From NCBI GenBank assembly GCA_964386925.1, contig CAYLUU010000001.1:1-47666 (forward strand): a stretch of 47,666 nt of DNA, given 5' to 3'. A model generated the notes under the pieces. That model saw only the letters and a program-made list of their open reading frames with translations, was not told where the DNA came from and ran no database searches. A program made the position numbers and the translations under genes. Positions 39,971 to 47,666 of the stretch are shown here, one piece after another; the stretch's first letter is position 1, and the number at the start of each line of letters is the position of its first letter. The stretch is from an uncultured Sarcina sp. Its GTDB lineage: Bacteria > Bacillota > Clostridia > Lachnospirales > Lachnospiraceae.

Positions 39971-41872
39971 ATGAATAAAAATGTATATCGGATCGAGACG
40001 GATGTCTGCGTTATTGGTGCAGGACATGCCGGCTGCGAGGCTGCGCTGGCAACGGCAAGACTGGGGCTTCGAACCGTTATTTTCACCATGAATGTTGACA
40101 GCATTGCAATGATGCCCTGCAATCCTCATATTGGAGGGTCGTCGAAGGGACATCTGGTTCGTGAGATTGACGCTCTTGGCGGTGAAATGGGAAAAAATAT
40201 CGATAAAACCTTCATCCAGTCCAAGATGCTGAATAAATCGAAGGGGCCTGCCGTCCATTCTCTTCGAACGCAGGCGGATAAAGCAGAATATTCGAGACAA
40301 ATGCGGGAAGTTCTGGAAAATCAGGATAATCTTGAAATTCGGCAGGCAGAGGTCACACGCCTTTTGACAGAGGAGACGACAGAAGAGTCTGGTGTAAAGC
40401 GGAAAATCACTGGGGTTCAGGTACAGCAGGGAACGATTTATTCCTGCAGAGCGGTTATTATCTGCACGGGAACCTACCTTAATGCGAGATGTCTGGTGGG
40501 AGAAGCGATCACAGAGACCGGCCCTTCCGGAATGCAGCGTTCTACATACCTGAAGGGTGCACTGGAAGAGCTTGGGGTATCGCTGCGCAGATTTAAGACA
40601 GGTACACCGGCCCGAATGGATGGCAGGAGTCTTGATTATTCGAAGATGTCGATTCAAAAGGGGGACGAGAAGGTGGTTCCCTTTTCCTATTCAACGGATC
40701 CTAAAGATGTACAGATTGATCAGGTTCCCTGCTGGCTGACTTATACAAATGAAGAAACGCATGAGATCATCCGGCAGAATTTGGACCGATCCCCCATTTA
40801 TGCCGGAATCATAGAAGGAACTGGCCCACGCTATTGTCCGTCAATAGAGGATAAAATTGTTAAATTCTCTGAAAAAACAAGACATCAGGTCTTTATTGAG
40901 CCGGAAGGACGTTCAACGAACGAAGTTTATGTGGATGGAATGTCCAGCTCTATGCCGGATGATGTGCAGCAGAGAATGTACCGCACGGTGCCGGGGTTGG
41001 AGAATTGTCGTATTGTAAAGAATGCCTATGCCATCGAATATGACTGCATCAATGCCAACGATTTAAAGCTTTCTCTGGAATGGAAGACAATCGATGGCCT
41101 TTTCTGTGCGGGGCAGTTCAATGGCAGCAGCGGATATGAGGAGGCAGCAGCACAGGGGTTATTGGCCGGAATTAATGCTGCCATGAAGTTAAAAGGCAGA
41201 GACCCTTTGATACTGAAGCGTTCCGAAAGCTATATTGGTGTTCTTATTGATGACCTGGTAAGCAAGGATAACAGGGAACCTTATCGAATGATGACCAGTA
41301 GAGCGGAATATCGTCTACTGCTGCGGCAGGATAATGCAGATTTGCGGCTGCGTAAATATGGCTATCGCGTCGGATTGATCAATGAAGAACAATATCAGTA
41401 TGTCTGCTGGAAAGAAGAAATGATTCAGCAGGAAACGGATCGGCTCCGCTTAGTTCGAGTTGGTGCAGCTGCTGCGAATCAGGAGTACCTGACATCCATT
41501 GGATCCAGTACATTAAAAACAGCAGTGACATTGGCTGAGTTGATATGCCGTCCGGAATTGGATTATGAGAAGCTGTCGGGGTTGGATCCGGAACGGCCGA
41601 AACTCCCTGAGTGTGTGACGGAACAGGTTGAAATCAATCTGAAATACGAAGGATACATCGAGAGACAGAAAAAGCAGGTTGAAGAATTTGACCGCTTGGA
41701 AAATAAGGCTATTCCGGAAAATATCAATTACGATGAAGTACAGAGCCTTCGCTTGGAAGCAAGGCAGAAGCTGAAGGAACTCAGGCCTTCCTCTATTGGA
41801 CAGGCTTCTCGAATGTCAGGTGTTACGCCAGCGGATGTTGCTGTTTTACTGATTTATCTGGAGAAGAGATAA
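39971..41872 (+). CDS. mnmG: tRNA uridine-5-carboxymethylaminomethyl synthesis enzyme MnmG (start uncertain)
   Basis: [55 protein letters not shown]. Confidence 0.97.
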   Translation: MNKNVYRIETDVCVIGAGHAGCEAALATARLGLRTVIFTMNVDSIAMMPCNPHIGGSSKGHLVREIDALGGEMGKNIDKTFIQSKMLNKSKGPAVHSLRTQADKAEYSRQMREVLENQDNLEIRQAEVTRLLTEETTEESGVKRKITGVQVQQGTIYSCRAVIICTGTYLNARCLVGEAITETGPSGMQRSTYLKGALEELGVSLRRFKTGTPARMDGRSLDYSKMSIQKGDEKVVPFSYSTDPKDVQIDQVPCWLTYTNEETHEIIRQNLDRSPIYAGIIEGTGPRYCPSIEDKIVKFSEKTRHQVFIEPEGRSTNEVYVDGMSSSMPDDVQQRMYRTVPGLENCRIVKNAYAIEYDCINANDLKLSLEWKTIDGLFCAGQFNGSSGYEEAAAQGLLAGINAAMKLKGRDPLILKRSESYIGVLIDDLVSKDNREPYRMMTSRAEYRLLLRQDNADLRLRKYGYRVGLINEEQYQYVCWKEEMIQQETDRLRLVRVGAAAANQEYLTSIGSSTLKTAVTLAELICRPELDYEKLSGLDPERPKLPECVTEQVEINLKYEGYIERQKKQVEEFDRLENKAIPENINYDEVQSLRLEARQKLKELRPSSIGQASRMSGVTPADVAVLLIYLEKR

Positions 41873-41899
41873 ACAGATTTTTAATCTTGAGGGAATAGT

Positions 41900-42667
41900 A
41901 TGACTGCTATAGAAAATCAGTTTTTAAACCGATTGGGACAATTCATTTCTGATTTTACCTTAACAGACAATCAGATGGTCCAGTTGAGAAAATATTATGA
42001 AAATCTGCTGGAATGGAATAAGGTTATGAACCTTACGACAATCACAGAGGAAGAGGATGTTTATACCAAACATTTTCTGGATAGCTTTTCATTGCTAACA
42101 AGTGTTCCACGTGGAACATTGAGTGGTGATGACTTGCAGGAAGGCAGTAGTAAGCCTCTCAAGCTGATTGATGTTGGAACCGGTGCAGGATTTCCGGGAT
42201 TGCCGATTGCTATTGCATTTCCTGATGTCCAGGTTACATTGATGGATTCTCTGAATAAGCGAATTAAATTTCTGGAAGATACAGCAGAGAAACTTCATCT
42301 GACAAATGTGACTTGTGTTCATGCTCGCGCAGAAGAGTTGGCACATAATAAAGAATATCGGGAACAGTATGATCTGGTAGTTTCTCGTGCGGTTGCAAAT
42401 CTCAGCACACTTTCGGAATATTGCCTTCCTTTTGCAAAGGTCGGAGGCCGGTTTATTGCTTATAAGGCAGAAAAGGTGACTGAAGAGTTGCCTGCAGGAA
42501 ACAAAGCTGCTGAGATTCTGGGTGCAAAGCTGACAAAAGAATTTTCATTTTATCTTCCGGAGACTGATTATCACAGAACGGTGCTGACTTATACGAAAAC
42601 GAAGACTACTGCAAAGAAATATCCTCGCAAAGCTGGTACACCCGGAAAAGAGCCTTTAGGAATTTAA
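41900..42667 (+). CDS. rsmG: 16S rRNA m7G527 methyltransferase
   Basis: WNKVMNLT, KHFLDS, DVGTGAGFPG, SRAVA, YPRKAG. Confidence 0.97.
   Translation: MTAIENQFLNRLGQFISDFTLTDNQMVQLRKYYENLLEWNKVMNLTTITEEEDVYTKHFLDSFSLLTSVPRGTLSGDDLQEGSSKPLKLIDVGTGAGFPGLPIAIAFPDVQVTLMDSLNKRIKFLEDTAEKLHLTNVTCVHARAEELAHNKEYREQYDLVVSRAVANLSTLSEYCLPFAKVGGRFIAYKAEKVTEELPAGNKAAEILGAKLTKEFSFYLPETDYHRTVLTYTKTKTTAKKYPRKAGTPGKEPLGI
42103..42118. promoter_or_regulatory. parS site inside rsmG
   Basis: TGTTCCACGTGGAACA perfect 16-bp palindrome matching the Firmicutes parS consensus. Confidence 0.88.
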
Positions 42668-42683
42668 TGTTCCACGTGGAACA
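42668..42683. promoter_or_regulatory. parS site immediately after the rsmG stop
   Basis: TGTTCCACGTGGAACA, centre of a 36-bp perfect palindrome (42658-42693). Confidence 0.92.
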
Positions 42684-42750
42684 TTAAATTCCTGGGATAC
42701 TAAAGAATCACAAAATCTCTTGGCTCGAATCGAATAGAATGTTACTATTG

Positions 42751-42781
42751 AACTGCTGTCGAAATAGACGGCAGTTTTTTT
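42751..42781 (+). terminator. Intrinsic terminator-like hairpin upstream of parA
   Basis: AACTGCTGTC GAAATA GACGGCAGTT TTTTT. Confidence 0.65.
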
Positions 42782-42880
42782 GATTTGAAGTATCTGTTCA
42801 GCTACATCGGAAATAGAGCAAATATGCACAAATCCAAAAGCGAGTGCTAGGCAGATACCTTATTGGAAGGAATAGAGTAT

Positions 42881-43651
42881 ATGGGAAAAATTATTTCCGT
42901 TGCCAATCAGAAGGGCGGAGTAGGAAAGACAACAACAACCATCAATTTGTCAGCTGCTCTGGCTGAAAAGGGAAAAAAGGTACTGATTATCGATATTGAT
43001 CCGCAGGGAAATACATCCAGCGGATTCGGCGTGGATAAGAATCAAAAGGAAGATACCGTTTACGAATTAATTCTTGGATATTCTACTATAAATGAAGCAA
43101 TTATCCGTCAGGTTATTCCAAATATAGATCTGATCCCTTCTAATGTTAATCTCGCTGGCGCAGAAATAGAACTGATCGACCATAACCATAAGGAAGCTAT
43201 TCTGAAAAAGGAACTTGATTTCGTAAAGGATGATTATGATTATATTATGATCGATTGTCCTCCTTCTCTGAATGTACTGACAGTTAATGCCATGGTTGCT
43301 TCAGACACCGTGCTGGTTCCGATTCAGTGTGAATTCTATGCATTAGAGGGATTGAGTCAGTTGATTCACACAGTGAACCTTGTTAGAGAACGGTTAAATC
43401 GAAAACTCGATATCGAGGGAATTGTATTTACAATGTATGACTCACGAACCAACCTTTCTCAGCAGGTAGTAGAGAATGTGAAGGAAAATGTAACACAGCA
43501 CGTTTATGAGACAATGATTCCTCGAAATGTTCGTTTGGCGGAGGCTCCCAGTTACGGAGAACCAATTACCATTTATGATCCAAAATCTGTTGGAGCAGAA
43601 GCTTATCGTTCTCTGGCAGAGGAATTGATGAATAACCAGAAGAAAAGCTGA
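42881..43651 (+). CDS. parA: Chromosome partitioning ATPase Soj/ParA
   Basis: NQKGGVGKTTT, DIDPQGN, IDCPPSL, IPRNVRLAEAPS. Confidence 0.96.
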   Translation: MGKIISVANQKGGVGKTTTTINLSAALAEKGKKVLIIDIDPQGNTSSGFGVDKNQKEDTVYELILGYSTINEAIIRQVIPNIDLIPSNVNLAGAEIELIDHNHKEAILKKELDFVKDDYDYIMIDCPPSLNVLTVNAMVASDTVLVPIQCEFYALEGLSQLIHTVNLVRERLNRKLDIEGIVFTMYDSRTNLSQQVVENVKENVTQHVYETMIPRNVRLAEAPSYGEPITIYDPKSVGAEAYRSLAEELMNNQKKS

Positions 43652-43662
43652 GGTATTAATAT

Positions 43663-44724
43663 ATGAAGAGAAAAGGTGGGCTCGGAAGAGGATTGGATGC
43701 ATTGATTCCTTCCGTCACAGAAGAAAGCAGCGAGAATAAAGCTCAAAACAAAGTTCAGAATGAAACTGAAAATGAGTCTGTAAAAGAAACTCCGGATGAA
43801 ACATCGAAAAAGAACGAAAACAGTGGGATTACTGTAAAACTCGAAAACAGAAAGAAAACAGAAAAAAGTTCTGCTGCGGAAGAGAATACTACAGATTTGG
43901 AAGTTGAAACAAACAAATCCGAAAAACAAGGTGATAATCCAAATCTGGTGACCATAGTACGAATTACTAAGGTGGAGCCGGATCGGAATCAGCCGAGAAA
44001 GAACTTTGATGAAGAGAAACTCCAGGAACTGGCTGATTCCATTCAATCAAAGGGATTGATTGAACCGATTATTGTACAAAAACAGGACGATCATTATGAA
44101 ATTATTGCAGGTGAACGCCGGTGGCGTGCCTGCAAACTGGCAGGATTGAAGGAAATTCCGGTTATTGTTAAGGAATACGATAATCTGGAACGTGTAGAAA
44201 TCTCATTGATTGAGAACATTCAGCGGGAAAATCTGAATCCGATTGAAGAAGCCAATGCCTATCGTCGCCTGATCGATGAGTTTCATTTGAAACAAGACGA
44301 ATTGGCAGAAAGAGTATCTAAAAATCGTTCCTCCATTGCAAACACAATGCGGCTTCTGAAACTAACGGATAAAGTGCAGAGTCTGGTTGCAGATGGAAAG
44401 CTCTCCATGGGACATGCCAGAGCACTGCTGGCATTGGAAAATGCCGAACAGCAGGAAAATCTCGCAGATGAGATAATTGAAAAAAATCTGAGCGTTCGAG
44501 ATGTAGAAAAGAAAATTCGAAGCCTACTGCAGAAAAAAGAAGAGAAGAAGACGGAAAAAGATCCTTCTCTGGTTTTGATCTATCAGGATATCCAGAATAA
44601 AATGAATGCTGCCCTGGGAATGAAGGTAGCAATCAAGGATAAAGGAAATAGCCGCGGAAGCATTGAAATCTCCTATGAAAATCAGGATGATTTTGAAAAG
44701 CTGATGGACAAGATTATGAATTAG
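43663..44724 (+). CDS. parB: Chromosome partitioning protein ParB/Spo0J with long low-complexity N-terminal linker
   Basis: GLGRGLDALI, NQPRKNF, AGERRWRA, ENIQRENLNPIEEA, SMGHARALL. Confidence 0.96.
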   Translation: MKRKGGLGRGLDALIPSVTEESSENKAQNKVQNETENESVKETPDETSKKNENSGITVKLENRKKTEKSSAAEENTTDLEVETNKSEKQGDNPNLVTIVRITKVEPDRNQPRKNFDEEKLQELADSIQSKGLIEPIIVQKQDDHYEIIAGERRWRACKLAGLKEIPVIVKEYDNLERVEISLIENIQRENLNPIEEANAYRRLIDEFHLKQDELAERVSKNRSSIANTMRLLKLTDKVQSLVADGKLSMGHARALLALENAEQQENLADEIIEKNLSVRDVEKKIRSLLQKKEEKKTEKDPSLVLIYQDIQNKMNAALGMKVAIKDKGNSRGSIEISYENQDDFEKLMDKIMN

Positions 44725-44733
44725 AAGGTGGTT

Positions 44734-45255
44734 ATGAGCAGTATATTTGGATCCTATATTGATATCGTTGTGATTGTTCTGATGCTGATCATTGTTGTTC
44801 TGGCTATTTTTTTGATTCTGCAGGGATCAAAAATAAAAAAACTGGACGATAGGCTGTACAATTTAATGGCAGGCTCGGATGGGGAAAGTCTGGAAGACCT
44901 TTTGGTTCAGAATCTTGATAATTATCAGGCAATGAACAAGCAATTGGAAAGCAATTCGGGAGATATTCGAGATATTTATCGTAGACTTCACAGTGTCATT
45001 CAGAAGGTTGGACTGGTAAAATATGATGCGTTCAGCCAAATGGGTGGAAACTTAAGTTCTGTCATTGCCCTGTTGGATCAGGATAACAATGGTGTTATTC
45101 TAAACACAGTTCAAAATGTTGACGGCTGCTACTCCTACGTAAAAGGCGTGGAGGGCGGAAAAAGTGATGTGGCCTACACGGAAGAGGAACAGGAAGCAGT
45201 GAATCTGGCTCTGGATCAGAAGGTTGGAACCACTCGCAAAAGAAAACAGATGTAA
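44734..45255 (+). CDS. DUF4446 family protein
   Basis: N-terminal TM; KVGLVKYDAF..MGGNLS; follows parB. Confidence 0.8.
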   Translation: MSSIFGSYIDIVVIVLMLIIVVLAIFLILQGSKIKKLDDRLYNLMAGSDGESLEDLLVQNLDNYQAMNKQLESNSGDIRDIYRRLHSVIQKVGLVKYDAFSQMGGNLSSVIALLDQDNNGVILNTVQNVDGCYSYVKGVEGGKSDVAYTEEEQEAVNLALDQKVGTTRKRKQM

Positions 45256-45256
45256 T

Positions 45257-45272
45257 TGTTCCACGTGGAACG
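45257..45272. promoter_or_regulatory. parS site (1 mismatch)
   Basis: TGTTCCACGTGGAACG. Confidence 0.85.
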
Positions 45273-45317
45273 TAAATGTTGTACTGAAGAAAACCGCAAA
45301 GCGGAAAAGGAGATAAG

Positions 45318-46607
45318 ATGATTGATATTAAGTTTCTCAGAGAGAACCCGGACGTCGTAAGAGAGAATATTCGCAAAAAATTCCAGGATGCTAAGCTTCC
45401 TCTGGTGGATGAAGTTATTGAAAACGATGCGAAAGCCCGCAAGGCTCAGCAGGAAGCGGATGAAATTCGTGCAAATAAGAAGAAGGCTTCCAAGCAGATC
45501 GGTGCGCTCATGGCTCAGGGCAAGAAGGAAGAGGCTATGAAGCTGAAGGAGGAGATCGCAGATGATTCTCGCCTGAAGGAACTGGACGAAATTCAGAAGA
45601 CTGCATCGGAAATCGTCCGCAAGGATATGATGACCATTCCGAATATCATTGATCCTTCGGTTCCGATCGGAAAAGATGATTCGGAGAATGTAGAACTGCA
45701 GCGGTTCGGTGAGCCGGTGACACCGGATTTCCCGATTCCGTATCATACGGATATTATGGCACGCTTTGATGGCGTTGATTTTGAGGCAGCCGGCCGTGTG
45801 GCAGGAAATGGATTCTACTATCTGAAGGGTGATATCGCAAGACTGCACTCTGCAATCCTGTCTTATGCAAGAGATTTCATGATTGACAGAGGCTTCACCT
45901 ATTATGTACCGCCGTTCATGATTCGTTCTGCTGTAGTAGACGGTGTTATGAGCTTTGCTGAGATGGATGCCATGATGTACAAGATCGAGGGAGAGGATCT
46001 GTATCTGATCGGAACCTCCGAGCATTCCATGATTGGATCTTTCATCGATCAGATCATTCCGGAGGAGAGCCTGCCGAAGACGCTGACATCGTATTCTCCT
46101 TGCTTCCGTAAGGAAAAGGGAGCACATGGCATTGAGGAGAGAGGCGTTTATCGTATCCATCAGTTCGAAAAGCAGGAGATGATTGTAGTCTGCAAACCGG
46201 AAGAATCCATGGATTGGTACGAGAAGCTCTGGAAGAACACGGTAGATTTCTTCCGCAGCATCGATATTCCGGTTCGCCAGCTGGAGTGCTGCTCCGGTGA
46301 TCTGGCAGATCTGAAGGTGAAATCCTGCGATGTAGAGGCGTGGTCTCCGAGACAGCAGAAGTATTTTGAAGTTGGTTCCTGCTCCAACCTGGGAGATGCA
46401 CAGGCAAGACGCCTGCGGATCCGTGTAAAGGGAAGTGATGGAAAGATTTACCTTGCACATACATTGAACAACACCTGCGTTGCAACACCCAGAATGCTGA
46501 TCGCATTCCTGGAGAACAACCTGCACGAGGATGGATCGGTTTCCATCCCGCAGCCGCTGCAGATGTACATGGGCGGAAAGACTGTCCTGACTCCGCTGCA
46601 TGATTGA
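45318..46607 (+). CDS. serS: Seryl-tRNA synthetase
   Basis: YLIGTSE, CFRKE, RIHQFEKQE, EVGSCSN, HTLNNT. Confidence 0.97.
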   Translation: MIDIKFLRENPDVVRENIRKKFQDAKLPLVDEVIENDAKARKAQQEADEIRANKKKASKQIGALMAQGKKEEAMKLKEEIADDSRLKELDEIQKTASEIVRKDMMTIPNIIDPSVPIGKDDSENVELQRFGEPVTPDFPIPYHTDIMARFDGVDFEAAGRVAGNGFYYLKGDIARLHSAILSYARDFMIDRGFTYYVPPFMIRSAVVDGVMSFAEMDAMMYKIEGEDLYLIGTSEHSMIGSFIDQIIPEESLPKTLTSYSPCFRKEKGAHGIEERGVYRIHQFEKQEMIVVCKPEESMDWYEKLWKNTVDFFRSIDIPVRQLECCSGDLADLKVKSCDVEAWSPRQQKYFEVGSCSNLGDAQARRLRIRVKGSDGKIYLAHTLNNTCVATPRMLIAFLENNLHEDGSVSIPQPLQMYMGGKTVLTPLHD

Positions 46608-46653
46608 ATCCGTACAGTTGTAGAATTTTGACACGATTGTAAGAGGCGTTTAG

Positions 46654-46698
46654 AATGGTCCTCACCTGAGAAAAGGGTCTCGGGAGAGGACCATTTTT
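46654..46698 (+). terminator. Intrinsic terminator after serS
   Basis: AATGGTCCTC-A-CCTGAGA...TCTCGGG-A-GAGGACCATT TTT. Confidence 0.75.
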
Positions 46699-46723
46699 GT
46701 AATGAAGAACCCGGAGCGGAAAT

Positions 46724-47611
46724 TTGAATAAGTTTATGAGAGCGATCGGCTTTAGCCGGCAGCTGAAGAGAAAAGAACTGTCTGCATTGATTGCATATGA
46801 AATTCATCAATGTGATCAACGGGCCTATACGAGCAATGACGAGGATGAAGATTCCATTCTGGCACAATATGATCTGTCAATGGGAGGACCGTTCGGAATC
46901 TGTGTCTGCGGACAATTCGATGAGAATGACCAGTTTTTCCCGGATTATTGGTATCCGTACCTGCGATCGGATGAAATCAGCAGCGGAGAAGGAATCTCTG
47001 TAGAACCCCGAATTGATAATGACACCTATGCCGGAGTCTGCGAGGATCTTCGAGTGGGTGTAACATTGATATTCCGACTGCAGAATACAGTAGAATATCT
47101 GAAAAATACACATACAAGCTTCCAGCCTCTGCAGGGAGCAAGCGTCTCTCTGGCTGCTCTTTCAACAGAAGGGACGATTCTGATGCCGCTTTACAAGACG
47201 GAAGAAGAGGAGCAGCGATCCACAGAGGAGCGGGATTATAAGGTGGAACAGCTGCGGAAGGCTAAAAACGGGGATGATGAGGCAAATCGTGTGCTGACTG
47301 CGATGGATATGGAACAATATGCCGGGCTGATGTCACAGATCCGGCGAAATGATATTTATACGATGGTGGAATCCTATCTCATGCCATACGGAGCAGAATG
47401 TGAGCTCTATTCTCTGTTAGGTGAGATTCGTAAAATATCTGAATTCCGCAATAAGGTGAGCGACGAGAAGGTGTACGTTCTGAGAGTTGACTGCAACGGA
47501 TTGTGTATGGATGTAATGATCAACCAGGAGGATCTGTACGGAGAGCCGGAAATTGGCCGGCGATTCCGCGGCAGTATCTGGATGCAGGGACGTATTCATT
47601 TCACAAATTAG
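46724..47611 (+). CDS. DUF3881 family protein
   Basis: KFMRAIGF N-terminus, GVTLIFRLQN, GEPEIGRRFRGSIWMQG C-terminus. Confidence 0.75.
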   Translation: MNKFMRAIGFSRQLKRKELSALIAYEIHQCDQRAYTSNDEDEDSILAQYDLSMGGPFGICVCGQFDENDQFFPDYWYPYLRSDEISSGEGISVEPRIDNDTYAGVCEDLRVGVTLIFRLQNTVEYLKNTHTSFQPLQGASVSLAALSTEGTILMPLYKTEEEEQRSTEERDYKVEQLRKAKNGDDEANRVLTAMDMEQYAGLMSQIRRNDIYTMVESYLMPYGAECELYSLLGEIRKISEFRNKVSDEKVYVLRVDCNGLCMDVMINQEDLYGEPEIGRRFRGSIWMQGRIHFTN

Positions 47612-47666
47612 TGTAACTATTCAGAGCCCATTCGCAAAACGATACTCGAAGATGCCTGATGGCATC
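47612..47666. repeat. Repeat-family copy truncated by the window end
   Basis: 47612-47639 is the reverse complement of 12837-12864; 47642-47663 matches the reverse complement of 24559-24580 at 21/22. Confidence 0.85.

Noticed and set aside
45256..45317. T-box leader for serS
   Set aside because: The intergenic gap is only about 60 bp, holds parS, and lacks the T-box motif

Overview
Origin-proximal chromosomal region of a Clostridia bacterium; gene order and protein families look Lachnospiraceae-like. Left to right: tandem rRNA-type promoters pointing out of the window, tRNA-Ser(GCT), a two-subunit Fe-S fumarate/tartrate hydro-lyase, HIT, a 10-gene Flp/Tad pilus locus, rfbD, DUF212, DUF3048, a D,D-carboxypeptidase, trxA, trmB, a Rep_3 plasmid-type initiator with a large 22-bp iteron array, csoR-copA, and the gyrA-gyrB-recF-yaaA-dnaN-dnaA / rpmH-rnpA-yidD-yidC-jag-mnmE-mnmG-rsmG-parA-parB-serS block with DnaA boxes and three parS sites. 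Main observation: an apparently complete iteron replicon (rep, about 15 iterons, AT-rich tract) sits among housekeeping genes about 12 kb from dnaA with no mobility genes in the window. Meanwhile the usual DnaA box/DnaA-trio unwinding module between dnaA and dnaN is recognisable but eroded. This suggests, but does not show, a domesticated plasmid-type chromosomal origin. Also notable: a modular intergenic hairpin-repeat family (at least 12 copies or fragments), a probable internal start in copA giving a CopZ-like chaperone, and a Tad minor pilin with tandem Cys/His modules. All family assignments are by eye from motifs and synteny; no searches were run.
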